This document shows positions 26,996-36,136 of a DNA stretch of 57,275 nucleotides, piece after piece (position 1 is the first letter of the stretch; each line of letters begins with the position of its first letter). Source of the stretch: a virus; the IMG/VR virus record IMGVR_UViG_3300035008_000001, positions 1-57,275 of that record, one strand, 5' to 3'. The position numbers and the translations under genes are program-made. The notes beneath the pieces were generated by a model, which saw nothing but the letters and a program-made list of their open reading frames with translations, was not told the origin of the DNA and made no database searches.

Positions 26996-27360
26996 GGGGA
27001 GGGTGTAGCGGGGAGCCGTGAAAAGAGCGTTAGCCCCCTCCGTGCGCAGGAGAGAGGGGCTGATTCGGTGCACGGTTGCCGAGATAAAAAAATGGGAATT
27101 CAGGGACGGCCCCCCGGATCGGCCGGCATCTGTTAATTCTGGGGGTAATTTCGGTGGATACCGGGGGGCTGGGGACCAAGGCTTCTCGATCTTGGTGGGG
27201 AGCATTTCCGAAAAGTCTATGAGTTCAGCGACTGGGATATGCCCCCGGGGCTCCCGTAAGTGTTTGATAATGCTTGCGCGGGCAATTCCGCCCCTGGGCA
27301 CCATATCTCTAAAAGCCCATTGAAATCATTGCGCTTTTCTCTCGAAAATCCCCACCGGGA
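26996..27360. other. Candidate attP region next to the integrase 3' end
   Basis: 365 nt without a convincing CDS. GGGGAGC..GAAAAG occurs twice (about 27010 and 27197). There are several C5/G5 runs. The minus strand reads 'gctccccaccaag' at 27190-27202, resembling a tRNA CCA end. Confidence 0.3.
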
Positions 27361-28545
27361 TCACTTCGATGTCAAAAGTGGGGGTCGTTCGTTCCCAGTT
27401 TCGCCGAGGTCGATCAAGCGCATTGCGCTGCCTGCGAGACGCTTTTGACGCGCCTTCCTTGTGTAAAGCGACGCCTGCTTCGAACTCTTCCAGCCGAAAA
27501 TCGCCATCAACTCAAACTCGCTCGCGCCATTCTCGGCAGCCAGCGTAGCGCCGGCCTTTCTGAGGCCGTGCGCCGAGCAGTGCGATAGTCCGGCCTCTCG
27601 ACACCTCTTTCGGAACCAGTTGCCGAATCCGTTTGCCGTGAAGGGCTTGCCGAACTCGGTCACGAGGAAGGTGAGATTCTCCCACACCGGTAATGTCTGC
27701 TCGAGGGTGGCCCACAGCGCTGGCAGTACGGGGAGCTCGAGCGTCACCGGATTGCGGTTCCGGTTTTTGTTCTGTGTATAGCGGAGCCAGCGCTCGACCG
27801 AGCCATCAGGGTGCCGGATCTCAGAGATGTGCTGCCGGCCAAAGGCGGGGATGTCGGCACGTCGGCCGCCGATGAAGAGCAAGAGCGCCAGGGCGAGCCA
27901 CGCCTTCGAACCTACAGGGTGTCTCTCCCGGAACTTTAGGACTTCCTCTGTGGTCCACGTATGGTGCCCCTCGGATGCCGACTTGAAGTAGGGCACGTCC
28001 CGAGCAGGGTTTGCCTTCACGTGCTCAGCCATGATCCCGTAGACGAACACTTGCCTGATCGCCTTCACGCGACCGTTTGCCGCCTCCGGAGTGTCAACCT
28101 TCCGATCCCGCAGTGCACGTACTGCCTGGGGCGAAAACTTGGAAAGCGGACATACGGCGAATGTCACTTCGGCGCCCGGCTTGATAGGTTCGTCATATGT
28201 CGCTTCGAGGATCTGACGGCGGACGTGGCGCGTGCGGTCGTCCAGGCGTTTGAATTCGGCCGACAGGAGGTACTGCTCGCATAGCCAGCGCCAAGTGCCT
28301 CTGGTGCTCGGTTGCCACTTCCCAGGCTCAGTAGGAGCCACCGGCTCCGGGGCGCCCTTCAGCGCCCGCTCGTAGGGCTCCATGAAATCAGGCGTCCATG
28401 GAATGCCATGAAGGCGGACCTTCGGGTCGCCCTTTCGGCGCCGGAAGTAGATCCTAATGTTTCCGTGCCGGTCAGGTTCTTCCCAACAGTACTTTGGCAG
28501 ACGTCTTGGCACCTGGCCCTCAGGGTTCACGCCTGGAACTCCCAA
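27361..28545 (-). CDS. int: Tyrosine integrase
   Basis: 'GGRRADI', 'HGLRKAGAT' and 'ASLYTRKA' supply the R...HxxR...Y catalytic pattern. 394 aa. Confidence 0.9.
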   Translation of the reverse strand: MGVPGVNPEGQVPRRLPKYCWEEPDRHGNIRIYFRRRKGDPKVRLHGIPWTPDFMEPYERALKGAPEPVAPTEPGKWQPSTRGTWRWLCEQYLLSAEFKRLDDRTRHVRRQILEATYDEPIKPGAEVTFAVCPLSKFSPQAVRALRDRKVDTPEAANGRVKAIRQVFVYGIMAEHVKANPARDVPYFKSASEGHHTWTTEEVLKFRERHPVGSKAWLALALLLFIGGRRADIPAFGRQHISEIRHPDGSVERWLRYTQNKNRNRNPVTLELPVLPALWATLEQTLPVWENLTFLVTEFGKPFTANGFGNWFRKRCREAGLSHCSAHGLRKAGATLAAENGASEFELMAIFGWKSSKQASLYTRKARQKRLAGSAMRLIDLGETGNERPPLLTSK

Positions 28546-28787
28546 TCGATGTCCCCGGCCTCACGGTCATTATCGCCATCATCAGGCAGGCGATCAAAGT
28601 AGAGGTCGAGTTTGCGGCGGTCCCAAACGACCCGCCTGTTGATACGCTTTGGATGAGGCATCCGACCGTCGGTCACCATCTCACGAAAAAGGGTTAGCCC
28701 GACGCCCACGTAGGCTGCCGCCTCGGGCTCCTGGAGGCCACGCTTTTCCGGCGGAGGACAGACGTCGCCAGCGCGCTCGCGGATCAT
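28527..28787 (-). CDS. xis: Excisionase / AlpA-like HTH protein
   Basis: 'EAAAYVGVGLTLFREMVTDGRMPHPKRINRRVVWDRRKLD'. ATGA coupling to the upstream gene. Overlaps the int start. Confidence 0.7.
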   Translation of the reverse strand: MIRERAGDVCPPPEKRGLQEPEAAAYVGVGLTLFREMVTDGRMPHPKRINRRVVWDRRKLDLYFDRLPDDGDNDREAGDIDWEFQA

Positions 28788-29458
28788 GGCTGCGCCCCGA
28801 TCGCGTCTATGTTCGCCTTCACGACATCGAAGGAGACAGCCACGACCCATGGATTGGCTGGCTCGCGACCGTTGATCGACTGCCAGAGCATCATGAAAGC
28901 CTCATAGGCCGTCGATCCATGGCGCGGGAGACGCGCGCCGGGAACGTACCAGATCCCGGGCATGTCACCATCGTCCTCGATGACGCCTTCGGCCCGCGAA
29001 TCCTCCTCCGAGATGTCGCGGAGACGCTCGATCTTCACGCCGGTGACGACCAGGGTCATGCGCGAGGCCCAGCGGGGCATGTGGATCGAAGGGACGACAT
29101 GCCCTCTCGTCGCCTTCTGGCCGTAGGAGTAGAGCGCCAGCCACCGATCAGCAGCATCGCGGTTGTTCTGGATCGCGATCGCCGTCTGGGTGGCCGGATA
29201 GACGACCATGTCCTCGCTGCCCAGACACTCGGACGCGCGGCAGTTCTCGCGCACCCAGAGGCGATCGCCGACCTGATACGGGAACGGCGCGTACTTGATG
29301 ACGCCGAAATCGTCGATCCGGTACGGAATGCCCGTTCGCGGGCTCCAAATGAGGCCTTCGATCGGCGGGTACTGGAGAATGCGCCTGGTCTGGGTCTTCC
29401 GGCCGGCGAGCAGCGCCTGGACCATCGGCGCGGAGAAGATGATCGGTTTGTCGCTCAT
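28784..29458 (-). CDS. ASCH-like domain protein
   Basis: 'IIFSAPMVQALLAGRKTQTRR' and 'SIHMPRWASRMTLVVTGVKIERLRDISEEDSRAEG'. Confidence 0.55.
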   Translation of the reverse strand: MSDKPIIFSAPMVQALLAGRKTQTRRILQYPPIEGLIWSPRTGIPYRIDDFGVIKYAPFPYQVGDRLWVRENCRASECLGSEDMVVYPATQTAIAIQNNRDAADRWLALYSYGQKATRGHVVPSIHMPRWASRMTLVVTGVKIERLRDISEEDSRAEGVIEDDGDMPGIWYVPGARLPRHGSTAYEAFMMLWQSINGREPANPWVVAVSFDVVKANIDAIGAQP

Positions 29459-29640
29459 GACTGGTTGAGTTCCCCTTCAAGGATGATCAGTTGCTTGCTC
29501 GGCGATGCCTTCTCGATCAAATCGATCACCGCCTGCGCCCTGGCGCGGCTCCAGTAGACCCCGATGACCTCGGCCTCGCCGCTGCCGTCCTGCCAGCGCG
29601 CGATCAACACATAAACGGTGGGGTTGGGGCTATCGGCCAT
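29455..29640 (-). CDS. Hypothetical protein
   Basis: 61 aa, ATGA coupled. Confidence 0.5.
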   Translation of the reverse strand: MADSPNPTVYVLIARWQDGSGEAEVIGVYWSRARAQAVIDLIEKASPSKQLIILEGELNQS

Positions 29641-29966
29641 GGCTTGGCCCTCTGCTTGAGGAATTCGCGGCCGGCGTCCGTGATGTAGAAGCCTGGGCCT
29701 TCATAGGGGATATGGCAGAGGCAGATGAGGCCGCGCTCTCGAAGCTCTGCGACCTGCTCGAAGTTCTCTGCGGTGATATGGTTGGGATAGCCGCGGGCGG
29801 CGTATTCGAGCGTCGCGGCCGCGTCGAGGCTGATCTGCTTCCTGTCGAGGAGTGCCAGGATCAACGCCCATCCGTCCCGCGTGATATTGATCGACGGTGA
29901 ATCGAGGCCGCTCTTTGCGATCCGGCCCCGGATATGTTCGGCGATCTTGGTCGCGTCGGCGCTCAT
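29604..29966 (-). CDS. Hypothetical protein
   Basis: Start taken at 'MSADATK' (ATGA coupling with the upstream gene). Confidence 0.5.
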   Translation of the reverse strand: MSADATKIAEHIRGRIAKSGLDSPSINITRDGWALILALLDRKQISLDAAATLEYAARGYPNHITAENFEQVAELRERGLICLCHIPYEGPGFYITDAGREFLKQRAKPWPIAPTPPFMC

Positions 29967-30160
29967 TGGTGCCCCTTGCCAGTTCGGATTGAACCCCGCC
30001 GCCATGCCGCGTCCTTCGGCTGCTGACGGCTCTCAGTGAGTTGCTTCAGCTTCCGCACGGCGGATGTCAGGTGTCCGCGCGCCTTCGGATCGGTAGCGGC
30101 TGCGCGGCGGTCTTCCGCCGCCGCGATCAGCTCCTGACATTCCTGATCGTTGAGCCTCAT
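29963..30160 (-). CDS. Hypothetical protein
   Basis: Small helical ORF. The start could be 30160 or 30178. Confidence 0.4.
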   Translation of the reverse strand: MRLNDQECQELIAAAEDRRAAATDPKARGHLTSAVRKLKQLTESRQQPKDAAWRRGSIRTGKGHQ

Positions 30161-30167
30161 GCCAGCC

Positions 30168-30893
30168 TCAGCAGCCACAGTTCCGCGTGCGCTTGGCCTT
30201 GCGGACGTGCTTCACGCGGTATGAGGGGCGGGAAGGGGCGTAGTGGTACGGGTTGTTGCGGATCGCTGTGGCGACGTCGTTGCCGGCATAGATGGCGATA
30301 AGAGCGTTGTCGGAGATGCGGACTCCGTTCTGGCGCAGCATGACGCCCTGGGTAACGCGGCGCTCGACCCAGCAGGGCTGGCTTTCCAGTGGGATCTGAA
30401 ACAGTCCGCCGAATCCCGGGAAAGAGGCACCTGCGCCGAGAGGAGCCCGCTCGCAGGGGTTGCCGGCGACGGATGAGAAGCTGGCAGCGATGCCGGGAGC
30501 CTGGCGGACCTGCTTCGTGTAACTGTTCGCGTTCACCACGGTCGTCTGCCGATTGGCCTGACGCTGGCCGCCGTTGATCGCGGTTCCTCCAGCCCCGCCA
30601 GCGCCACCCAGGCCAGTACCGCCCATTCCGACCCCGCCCGCTCCTCCGGCTCCACCTGCGCCGCCGCGTCCGCCCTGGCCGATGCCGACACCGATACCAG
30701 TCGCGTTCTGCTGTTGGCCCTGTCCTTGGATCTGCCCCTGTGCCTGGCCCTGCTGCTGCCCCTGGTTAAAGTGGGGCGAGTAATTGTGGACCGGCGGCTG
30801 AGGCGTCACAGGCGGCTTTGGTGTGTGCTTGCCCGTAGCCAGTGCGGGCGCAGCGATCAGGATGAGGGTGGTGCTGAGAAGAAGGCGCTTCAT
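30168..30893 (-). CDS. Exported Gln/Gly-rich low-complexity protein
   Basis: ggagg RBS. Signal peptide 'MKRLLLSTTLILIAAPALATG', then 'QGQQQGQAQGQIQGQGQQQ' and 'GGRGGAGGAGGAGGVGMGG' tracts. Confidence 0.65.
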   Translation of the reverse strand: MKRLLLSTTLILIAAPALATGKHTPKPPVTPQPPVHNYSPHFNQGQQQGQAQGQIQGQGQQQNATGIGVGIGQGGRGGAGGAGGAGGVGMGGTGLGGAGGAGGTAINGGQRQANRQTTVVNANSYTKQVRQAPGIAASFSSVAGNPCERAPLGAGASFPGFGGLFQIPLESQPCWVERRVTQGVMLRQNGVRISDNALIAIYAGNDVATAIRNNPYHYAPSRPSYRVKHVRKAKRTRNCGC

Positions 30894-30908
30894 GGTTTCC
30901 TCCGTTGG

Positions 30909-31160
30909 TTAAGGCTGGCGTGATGAAAGGATCTGCTCGAGGCTTTCGACGTAGGCGCGGGTCTGATCGGGCCACGCGGCGCGCTCAGAGTTCGATGGCT
31001 CGACTTCGAGGAAGCCGATGTCCGAGGCAGGCCGCGCTGCCAGCTGCTGGCGCAGCCGCTCGGTCTCGGTCTTGAGCTTTCTGTTCATGTCCCAAGCAGC
31101 GGCCTCACTGGCCGTCATCGCTTGATTGACCAGACGGAGCCGCTCGACCTCGGCTTCCAA
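30909..31160 (-). CDS. Hypothetical coiled-coil protein
   Basis: 83 aa ORF. Confidence 0.45.
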   Translation of the reverse strand: MEAEVERLRLVNQAMTASEAAAWDMNRKLKTETERLRQQLAARPASDIGFLEVEPSNSERAAWPDQTRAYVESLEQILSSRQP

Positions 31161-31214
31161 TTCCGCGACCCGCTGCTGGTAGGGATAGACGTTCCCCCTG
31201 AATGAAGTACTCGA

Positions 31215-31703
31215 TCATGCCGCCTCCGATCCCGGCGACCAGCGCCAGAAGCCTTGCGCGCCACGTGCAGGCACGGGCGGCTCAAGGTGTTGGATGTCCG
31301 AGACCGGCCAAGCCCAGTTCGAATGCTGGTCTCGGTCGCTGTCGTTGATGGGTGCGCCGAACTCGCCGATGATCTCGTAGGAGTGCCGCGGCTGGCCAAG
31401 GATCACGGTACCGAGGACCACGGACAGCGGCAGGCTTCCTGGGCTGCTGTGTACGCGCTCGAGGAAGGGGAGAGCGATATGCGGCCTGAGGCCTGTGGTC
31501 CAGGGCGTCTCACCCTGCAGGCGCATAATGAGGTCGGCGACCTCACTCCGCTTGATGGGGCGTGCACCAGCATGGATCGCGATCCGCTGCCCGTGCAGGC
31601 TGCGCGGCGCAGGCCAGCCGCGGAACTCGTAGGGCTTAGCGTCGAGCATGATGAGCGAAGCCCAGGGCTGCCAGATGGTAAGGGCTGGAATCGTGGTGCT
31701 CAT
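31215..31703 (-). CDS. ASCH domain protein
   Basis: 'LTIWQPWASLIMLDAKPYEFRGW...RIAIHAG'. Confidence 0.6.
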   Translation of the reverse strand: MSTTIPALTIWQPWASLIMLDAKPYEFRGWPAPRSLHGQRIAIHAGARPIKRSEVADLIMRLQGETPWTTGLRPHIALPFLERVHSSPGSLPLSVVLGTVILGQPRHSYEIIGEFGAPINDSDRDQHSNWAWPVSDIQHLEPPVPARGAQGFWRWSPGSEAA

Positions 31704-31873
31704 ATCTCGACTGCCTCTTCGTACGAGCAGCCGCTCTTCGCCGCCGAGGCGACATAAGCGATGGTGGCTGCGAGGTGGCGGGCTTGCTGAACCGTGAGCA
31801 CGATCGTCTCGCCGTCTGTGGCGATGACGACGGTGTCGTCGCCACTGGAGCCGGTGTTCACGAGGATCTTCAT
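31700..31873 (-). CDS. Hypothetical small protein
   Basis: ATGA coupling at both ends. 57 aa. Confidence 0.45.
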   Translation of the reverse strand: MKILVNTGSSGDDTVVIATDGETIVLTVQQARHLAATIAYVASAAKSGCSYEEAVEI

Positions 31874-33576
31874 TCCGCAGCCTCCAGGAGAGGTGCTGTC
31901 GAGATCCGCCGGCGGACCGGCAGAGCGGCTTCGTTCTCGCGGTAGTTCGCTGTCACCAGGGCCTGTGCCATTGGTGGACAGACCGAGTTCCCGCACATCC
32001 GGATGGACGCCGTCTTGGTCAGATTGATCCAGGTGCCATCCGGCAGCTTGCCTCGGTCGATGATGTAGTCCTCACCGAACCCTTGAGCACTGAAGAGCTC
32101 GCGGGGTGTCAGCATGCGCATGCCGACATCCGTGACGACATATGGCTCACCTTCGATCTGTACCGTGCAGAGACCGAACCGCGCCTTGGTCGTGGCTGTG
32201 TGCAGCGGCTCCACGAGCTTCGGATCTTGGTCTGCGCCGTAGTACTTCACCAGGAAGGCCGAGACATGCGCCGCATGTGTTCCCTCTGCGCAGACTGTGT
32301 TCATCGGCGCTTCTACCGTGCGGTCGCGCCGGTCCGAGCCCTTCAGGCTCAGCAGTCCCGCAGAAACCATCTGCTGATGGCTGCCGGCCTGAAGGATGGT
32401 CGATGCTGGCTTGCGGAGATCGTGGCCGACCACACCGGTGTTGTGCTGGGCCATGAAGGCGGTGACGAGCGCATGCCTGTTCTCAGTGGTCTGCGTCCGC
32501 AGAGGCTCATTGAGATCGGCAACCCTTGGCTGGCCATCTTCCTTGGTGCCGTAGTAGGTCGTGAGGCAGGGAGCCACGAGCGTCAGTCCCGCGCCGCCGG
32601 CCGTGACCGTGTGGGTCGGCTCATTAGCGCCATTGAAGGGCTTCTGAGCATTCCGCATTGTCATCAGATGCGGGGCGATCATGCAGTTCTGATCCTTGCG
32701 AGATGCCGTGATAGTGTGCAGCGGATCTTCAGCAGATCGATTGAGGCCGCCCTGCTGGGCATACGAGATGAAGCCGGGGACAATGAACGGCGTCGGATTG
32801 TCGAGCACATATCGCTTCAGGCCCTTAGCGATCCGCGCCATGGTCTTTTCAGCGAGCGGGCGGTTCACGCCGACGGCGCGACCTTCCTCTCGGGTCAGAA
32901 AGATCGAGTGGCAGGATAGGCTCCAGTCGATAATCTCGGCCGCTGCGCGCCAAGGCTTGAGCTTGCCACTCTTCACTGCCTCAGACTTCGGATCGCCATG
33001 AGTTGGCTTCGGCCACACGATCGGGCGGCCGTCGCGCCTGGCGATCAGGAAGAGTCGCTTGCGGATAGTCGGAGCGCCGTAGTCACAGGCTCGCAGCTCG
33101 CGGTGCTCGACCTTGTAGCCGAGACGCTTCAGCTCGCCTTCCCATTGCTTGAACGTCTGTCCCTTGCGGGCAGTGCAGGGGGTGCCGTCCTCGCTGACAG
33201 GGCCCCAGTGTCGGAACTCCTCGACGTTCTCCAGGATGATGACACGCGGCCGGACCTGCTTGGCCCAGCGTACCACAACCCACGCGAGGTCGCGGATGTT
33301 GCGCTTCACGGGCCTGCCGCCCTTCGCCTTCGAAAAGTGTTTGCAGTCTGGCGAGGCCCAGAGCAGACCGACCGGCTGGCCCTTCGTGGCTTCGACCGGA
33401 TCGACCTTCCAGACGTTGTGCGCTAGGTGCAGCGTGTCGGGGTGGTTGGCATAGTGCATGGCCAGCGCTTCGCGATCATGGTTGATGGCGATGTCGGGTG
33501 AGCGGCCGAGCGCCAGCTCGATACCCTCAGAAGCCCCGCCGCCGCCGGCGAAGCTATCGACGACTACTTCCTTCAT
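31870..33576 (-). CDS. DNA (cytosine-5) methyltransferase with an unusually long variable region
   Basis: Motif I 'DSFAGGGGAS', motif IV 'SPDCKHFS', motif VI 'ILENVEEF', motif VIII 'YGAPTIRKRLF', then 'QGFGEDY' and 'CGNSVCPP'. About 300 aa separate motifs VIII and IX. Confidence 0.9.
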   Translation of the reverse strand: MKEVVVDSFAGGGGASEGIELALGRSPDIAINHDREALAMHYANHPDTLHLAHNVWKVDPVEATKGQPVGLLWASPDCKHFSKAKGGRPVKRNIRDLAWVVVRWAKQVRPRVIILENVEEFRHWGPVSEDGTPCTARKGQTFKQWEGELKRLGYKVEHRELRACDYGAPTIRKRLFLIARRDGRPIVWPKPTHGDPKSEAVKSGKLKPWRAAAEIIDWSLSCHSIFLTREEGRAVGVNRPLAEKTMARIAKGLKRYVLDNPTPFIVPGFISYAQQGGLNRSAEDPLHTITASRKDQNCMIAPHLMTMRNAQKPFNGANEPTHTVTAGGAGLTLVAPCLTTYYGTKEDGQPRVADLNEPLRTQTTENRHALVTAFMAQHNTGVVGHDLRKPASTILQAGSHQQMVSAGLLSLKGSDRRDRTVEAPMNTVCAEGTHAAHVSAFLVKYYGADQDPKLVEPLHTATTKARFGLCTVQIEGEPYVVTDVGMRMLTPRELFSAQGFGEDYIIDRGKLPDGTWINLTKTASIRMCGNSVCPPMAQALVTANYRENEAALPVRRRISTAPLLEAAE

Positions 33577-33586
33577 GGAGAATGCC

Positions 33587-33688
33587 TCACAAAGCTCCGT
33601 GCGCGGCCAGAATTAGGACCGTGCAGATGGCGAAGAAGAAAACCGGGTAGCAGCCCGGCCACGGATGATCGCTGTCGTAGGGGCTCAT
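33587..33688 (-). CDS. 33-aa hydrophobic micro-protein
   Basis: 'MSPYDSDHPWPGCYPVFFFAICTVLILAAHGAL'. ATGA coupling to the upstream gene. Confidence 0.45.
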   Translation of the reverse strand: MSPYDSDHPWPGCYPVFFFAICTVLILAAHGAL

Positions 33689-33894
33689 GCTGCGCCTCCG
33701 AAGAGATCGACCTTGCCGGCGTCTGCCTTCGCCTTGGCGCGGTAATCCCGGGCGATCCACTCCATTAGAGCGATCTGTTGATCCGCAAAGGTCTGGGACA
33801 TGCGCCCATCCTCAACCCAGCGGGGATAAGCCCGGCGCCTCTGCTTGACCTCTCGCTCCGCGCAGGCAGCGAGTTCCTCGTTGGTGAATGTCAT
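33685..33894 (-). CDS. Hypothetical protein
   Basis: 69 aa, coupled ORF. Confidence 0.5.
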   Translation of the reverse strand: MTFTNEELAACAEREVKQRRRAYPRWVEDGRMSQTFADQQIALMEWIARDYRAKAKADAGKVDLFGGAA

Positions 33895-34109
33895 GAGCTT
33901 GCCGCCTTCTCATCCTGGGCCGACGCTGCATTGAGGCCTGCCGAGATCTCAGTCCCTCTCTTCTCGCGCTCGACCGTGAGGCGCACTTGCTTGTCGAGAG
34001 TCTGGACAGCCTGGACCGTTTCTGTGCTCATCAGTCCCCCATGGGCCTCGTCGATATTGAAGAAGCGGACTACGCGGCGCGCTGCGGTGAGGAGTGTCTC
34101 TTCGCTCAT
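33891..34109 (-). CDS. Hypothetical protein
   Basis: 72 aa, coupled ORF. Confidence 0.5.
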   Translation of the reverse strand: MSEETLLTAARRVVRFFNIDEAHGGLMSTETVQAVQTLDKQVRLTVEREKRGTEISAGLNAASAQDEKAASS

Positions 34110-34792
34110 GACGCCCTCCGGGACTGGCCGCCGCGCGCCTTCAGGTGGTACTTCGCGGTGTAGCGCTTATCGGCATCCATCCCCTCATTGTTGGCCATCC
34201 AGGTCAGGTAGCTGACCGGTACGTCAGCCCAGGCCTTTCCAGAGTGCTGGCCGAAGTTGCAGCGCGGCAGGAGGGACGGCTCCTTGGTCCACTTCACCAT
34301 CATCTCGATCGAGGCCAGCTGCAGGGCCTTGGCGACGATGTGCGCGGTGACGTAGGCATCCGGGGCCGCACGATGTGGAGGCATCGCGCGATCCTCATCG
34401 AGTTCAAGCTCGAGGTAGTAGCGTAGGAGGGTGTTCGTGTGCCGGGGAGCGTCCGGCCAAAGCCGGCGCGCTACCTTCAGGGTGCACACCCATGGCGTCT
34501 CGCCGCCCTTGAAGAACTCCTGTTCGAAGGCGGCATTGTGAGCGACGAAGACGTCGGGCTCCCCTTCCATCAGGCGACGGAGACCTAGATCGATGGGCGG
34601 CGCACCGGCGACCTCGTGGTCGCGGATGTGGTGCGTTGCCATCGCCTCAAGCCCGATCGGTCGCTTGGGATTGACGAGCATGCTTCCCTGCTCGCCGACC
34701 ACGCCATCGACCACATCGCACCAACCCACCTCCACGATAGCAGCATCCGGCGGCAATCCGGTAGATTCGAAATCTATAACCCTCATCAGCAT
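34106..34792 (-). CDS. DEDDh 3'-5' exonuclease (DnaQ/ExoX-like)
   Basis: Exo motifs 'VIDFESTG', 'HNAAFE' and 'HRAAPDA'. Confidence 0.8.
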   Translation of the reverse strand: MLMRVIDFESTGLPPDAAIVEVGWCDVVDGVVGEQGSMLVNPKRPIGLEAMATHHIRDHEVAGAPPIDLGLRRLMEGEPDVFVAHNAAFEQEFFKGGETPWVCTLKVARRLWPDAPRHTNTLLRYYLELELDEDRAMPPHRAAPDAYVTAHIVAKALQLASIEMMVKWTKEPSLLPRCNFGQHSGKAWADVPVSYLTWMANNEGMDADKRYTAKYHLKARGGQSRRAS

Positions 34793-34794
34793 GC

Positions 34795-36126
34795 TCAGCC
34801 CTCCGCCTGCGCGTGGTAGGCGTCAAAGCCAGTCTGCCAATTGGCCAGCCGGTCGGCATTGTCGCGGATGGCGGACGTGATGCATTTGCTCAGACCCTTC
34901 TCGGCATCGCTCCAGCCCTTCTTGTAGTCGGGGTCGCTGGAATCGGTCCCGGAAGGCGTTTGCTCGGCTGCGCGCGACAGCTTGTTGATGCGTTCGATCT
35001 GATCCTGCCAGGCGTTGCCGGCGCGCGTCTGGAAGTCGCGTCCGGGCGGGTGATCGTCCATCGCCTTGCGCAGATCCGCCGCGATCTCGCCGAGCTCCTG
35101 CTCCGTCGTGGCGTTCGGCGCTTCCCGCTCGAACTCAGCGAGCAGCGCCTCGAGATCCGGGGTCGCATCCATCGGCCGATCGCCCGGGAAATCAGTGGCG
35201 GCCGAGGGCTGTACGCCGCTACTTGTGCCCTCGGCCGTTTCTCCTTCCGCGCTGGATGTTCCCAGCGCCTCAGGGTTCTTGTCCTTCACGATCACGCCGT
35301 CGGCATCGACGATGCGGTCCGCCTCGGCGAATGCGGCGGTCGCTCCGCGTGCCGGCTCGCGTTCATTGACCGGAGCCGCCAGCTGGTCGAGCGCCGCTGT
35401 CATCGAAAGGCGCGGCCCCTTCACCTCGGCGTCGCTGGCGCCCTTCAGGTCGTAGAGATCGTCATCACGGCGGATCAGGTCATCCAGGTCGGACGACATA
35501 GGCAGGACCTTGGAATGCCTGCGAGCGACCGTCTTCTTGGCCATCTCCGGATAGAACGTCGGATCGGCCCAGGGCCCGTTCTTGGACCGGGACTTCGCAC
35601 GGATCTTCTCCACGTCCTCGACCGACATGACGTCGCGGGACTTCTCGCCACCCTTCAGGACAGCCACGGAGTAGACTGCGATCAGCTTACCCTTGTTACT
35701 GAGAGCAGGACGGTGCTTGATGTAGGGCTCGTCGCCGAGCTCGAACTCGAAGTGGTCGTTCTCATAGACGGCATGCACATCCCAAGACGCGATGTCGCCG
35801 CTGTTGCGGACCTTCTTGCGGATGCCGCCGATCATGGGCATCCAGCTTGCCTCGCCCTTGTAAGGCACGATGGCGCCCTCGCGACCGTCCGGCAGGAGGC
35901 CGTCCTGAGCTGCCCTCATGCAGGCGTTGAACAGCGATTTCCGGTCGCAGCGCAGGAGATCGATGTTCCCCTGGATCGCAGTCATGACGACACGGTTAAA
36001 CCGCTCGACCGGGATATGGGCGGGCAGGGCAGCTTCGAGCTGCCCCTCAAGGCTGGTCAGCTGGTCGCGAACGACGTCGATCTCTCGCGGCTGGCGGGTG
36101 TTTTGGATTTGGGTACCTGCGGACAT
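34795..36126 (-). CDS. recT: RecT-family single-strand annealing protein with long acidic C-terminal extension
   Basis: 'FNRVVMTAIQGNIDLLRCDRKSLFNACMRAAQDGLLPDGREGAIVPY'. Paired with the YqaJ exonuclease gene. Confidence 0.8.
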   Translation of the reverse strand: MSAGTQIQNTRQPREIDVVRDQLTSLEGQLEAALPAHIPVERFNRVVMTAIQGNIDLLRCDRKSLFNACMRAAQDGLLPDGREGAIVPYKGEASWMPMIGGIRKKVRNSGDIASWDVHAVYENDHFEFELGDEPYIKHRPALSNKGKLIAVYSVAVLKGGEKSRDVMSVEDVEKIRAKSRSKNGPWADPTFYPEMAKKTVARRHSKVLPMSSDLDDLIRRDDDLYDLKGASDAEVKGPRLSMTAALDQLAAPVNEREPARGATAAFAEADRIVDADGVIVKDKNPEALGTSSAEGETAEGTSSGVQPSAATDFPGDRPMDATPDLEALLAEFEREAPNATTEQELGEIAADLRKAMDDHPPGRDFQTRAGNAWQDQIERINKLSRAAEQTPSGTDSSDPDYKKGWSDAEKGLSKCITSAIRDNADRLANWQTGFDAYHAQAEG

Positions 36127-36136
36127 GGACAGCCTT

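Noticed and set aside
28649-29557. 302-aa plus-strand ORF antisense to xis and the ASCH-like gene
   Set aside because: It has a shadow-ORF composition (Arg/Asp/Pro-rich), and the minus-strand genes are coupled and motif-bearing.
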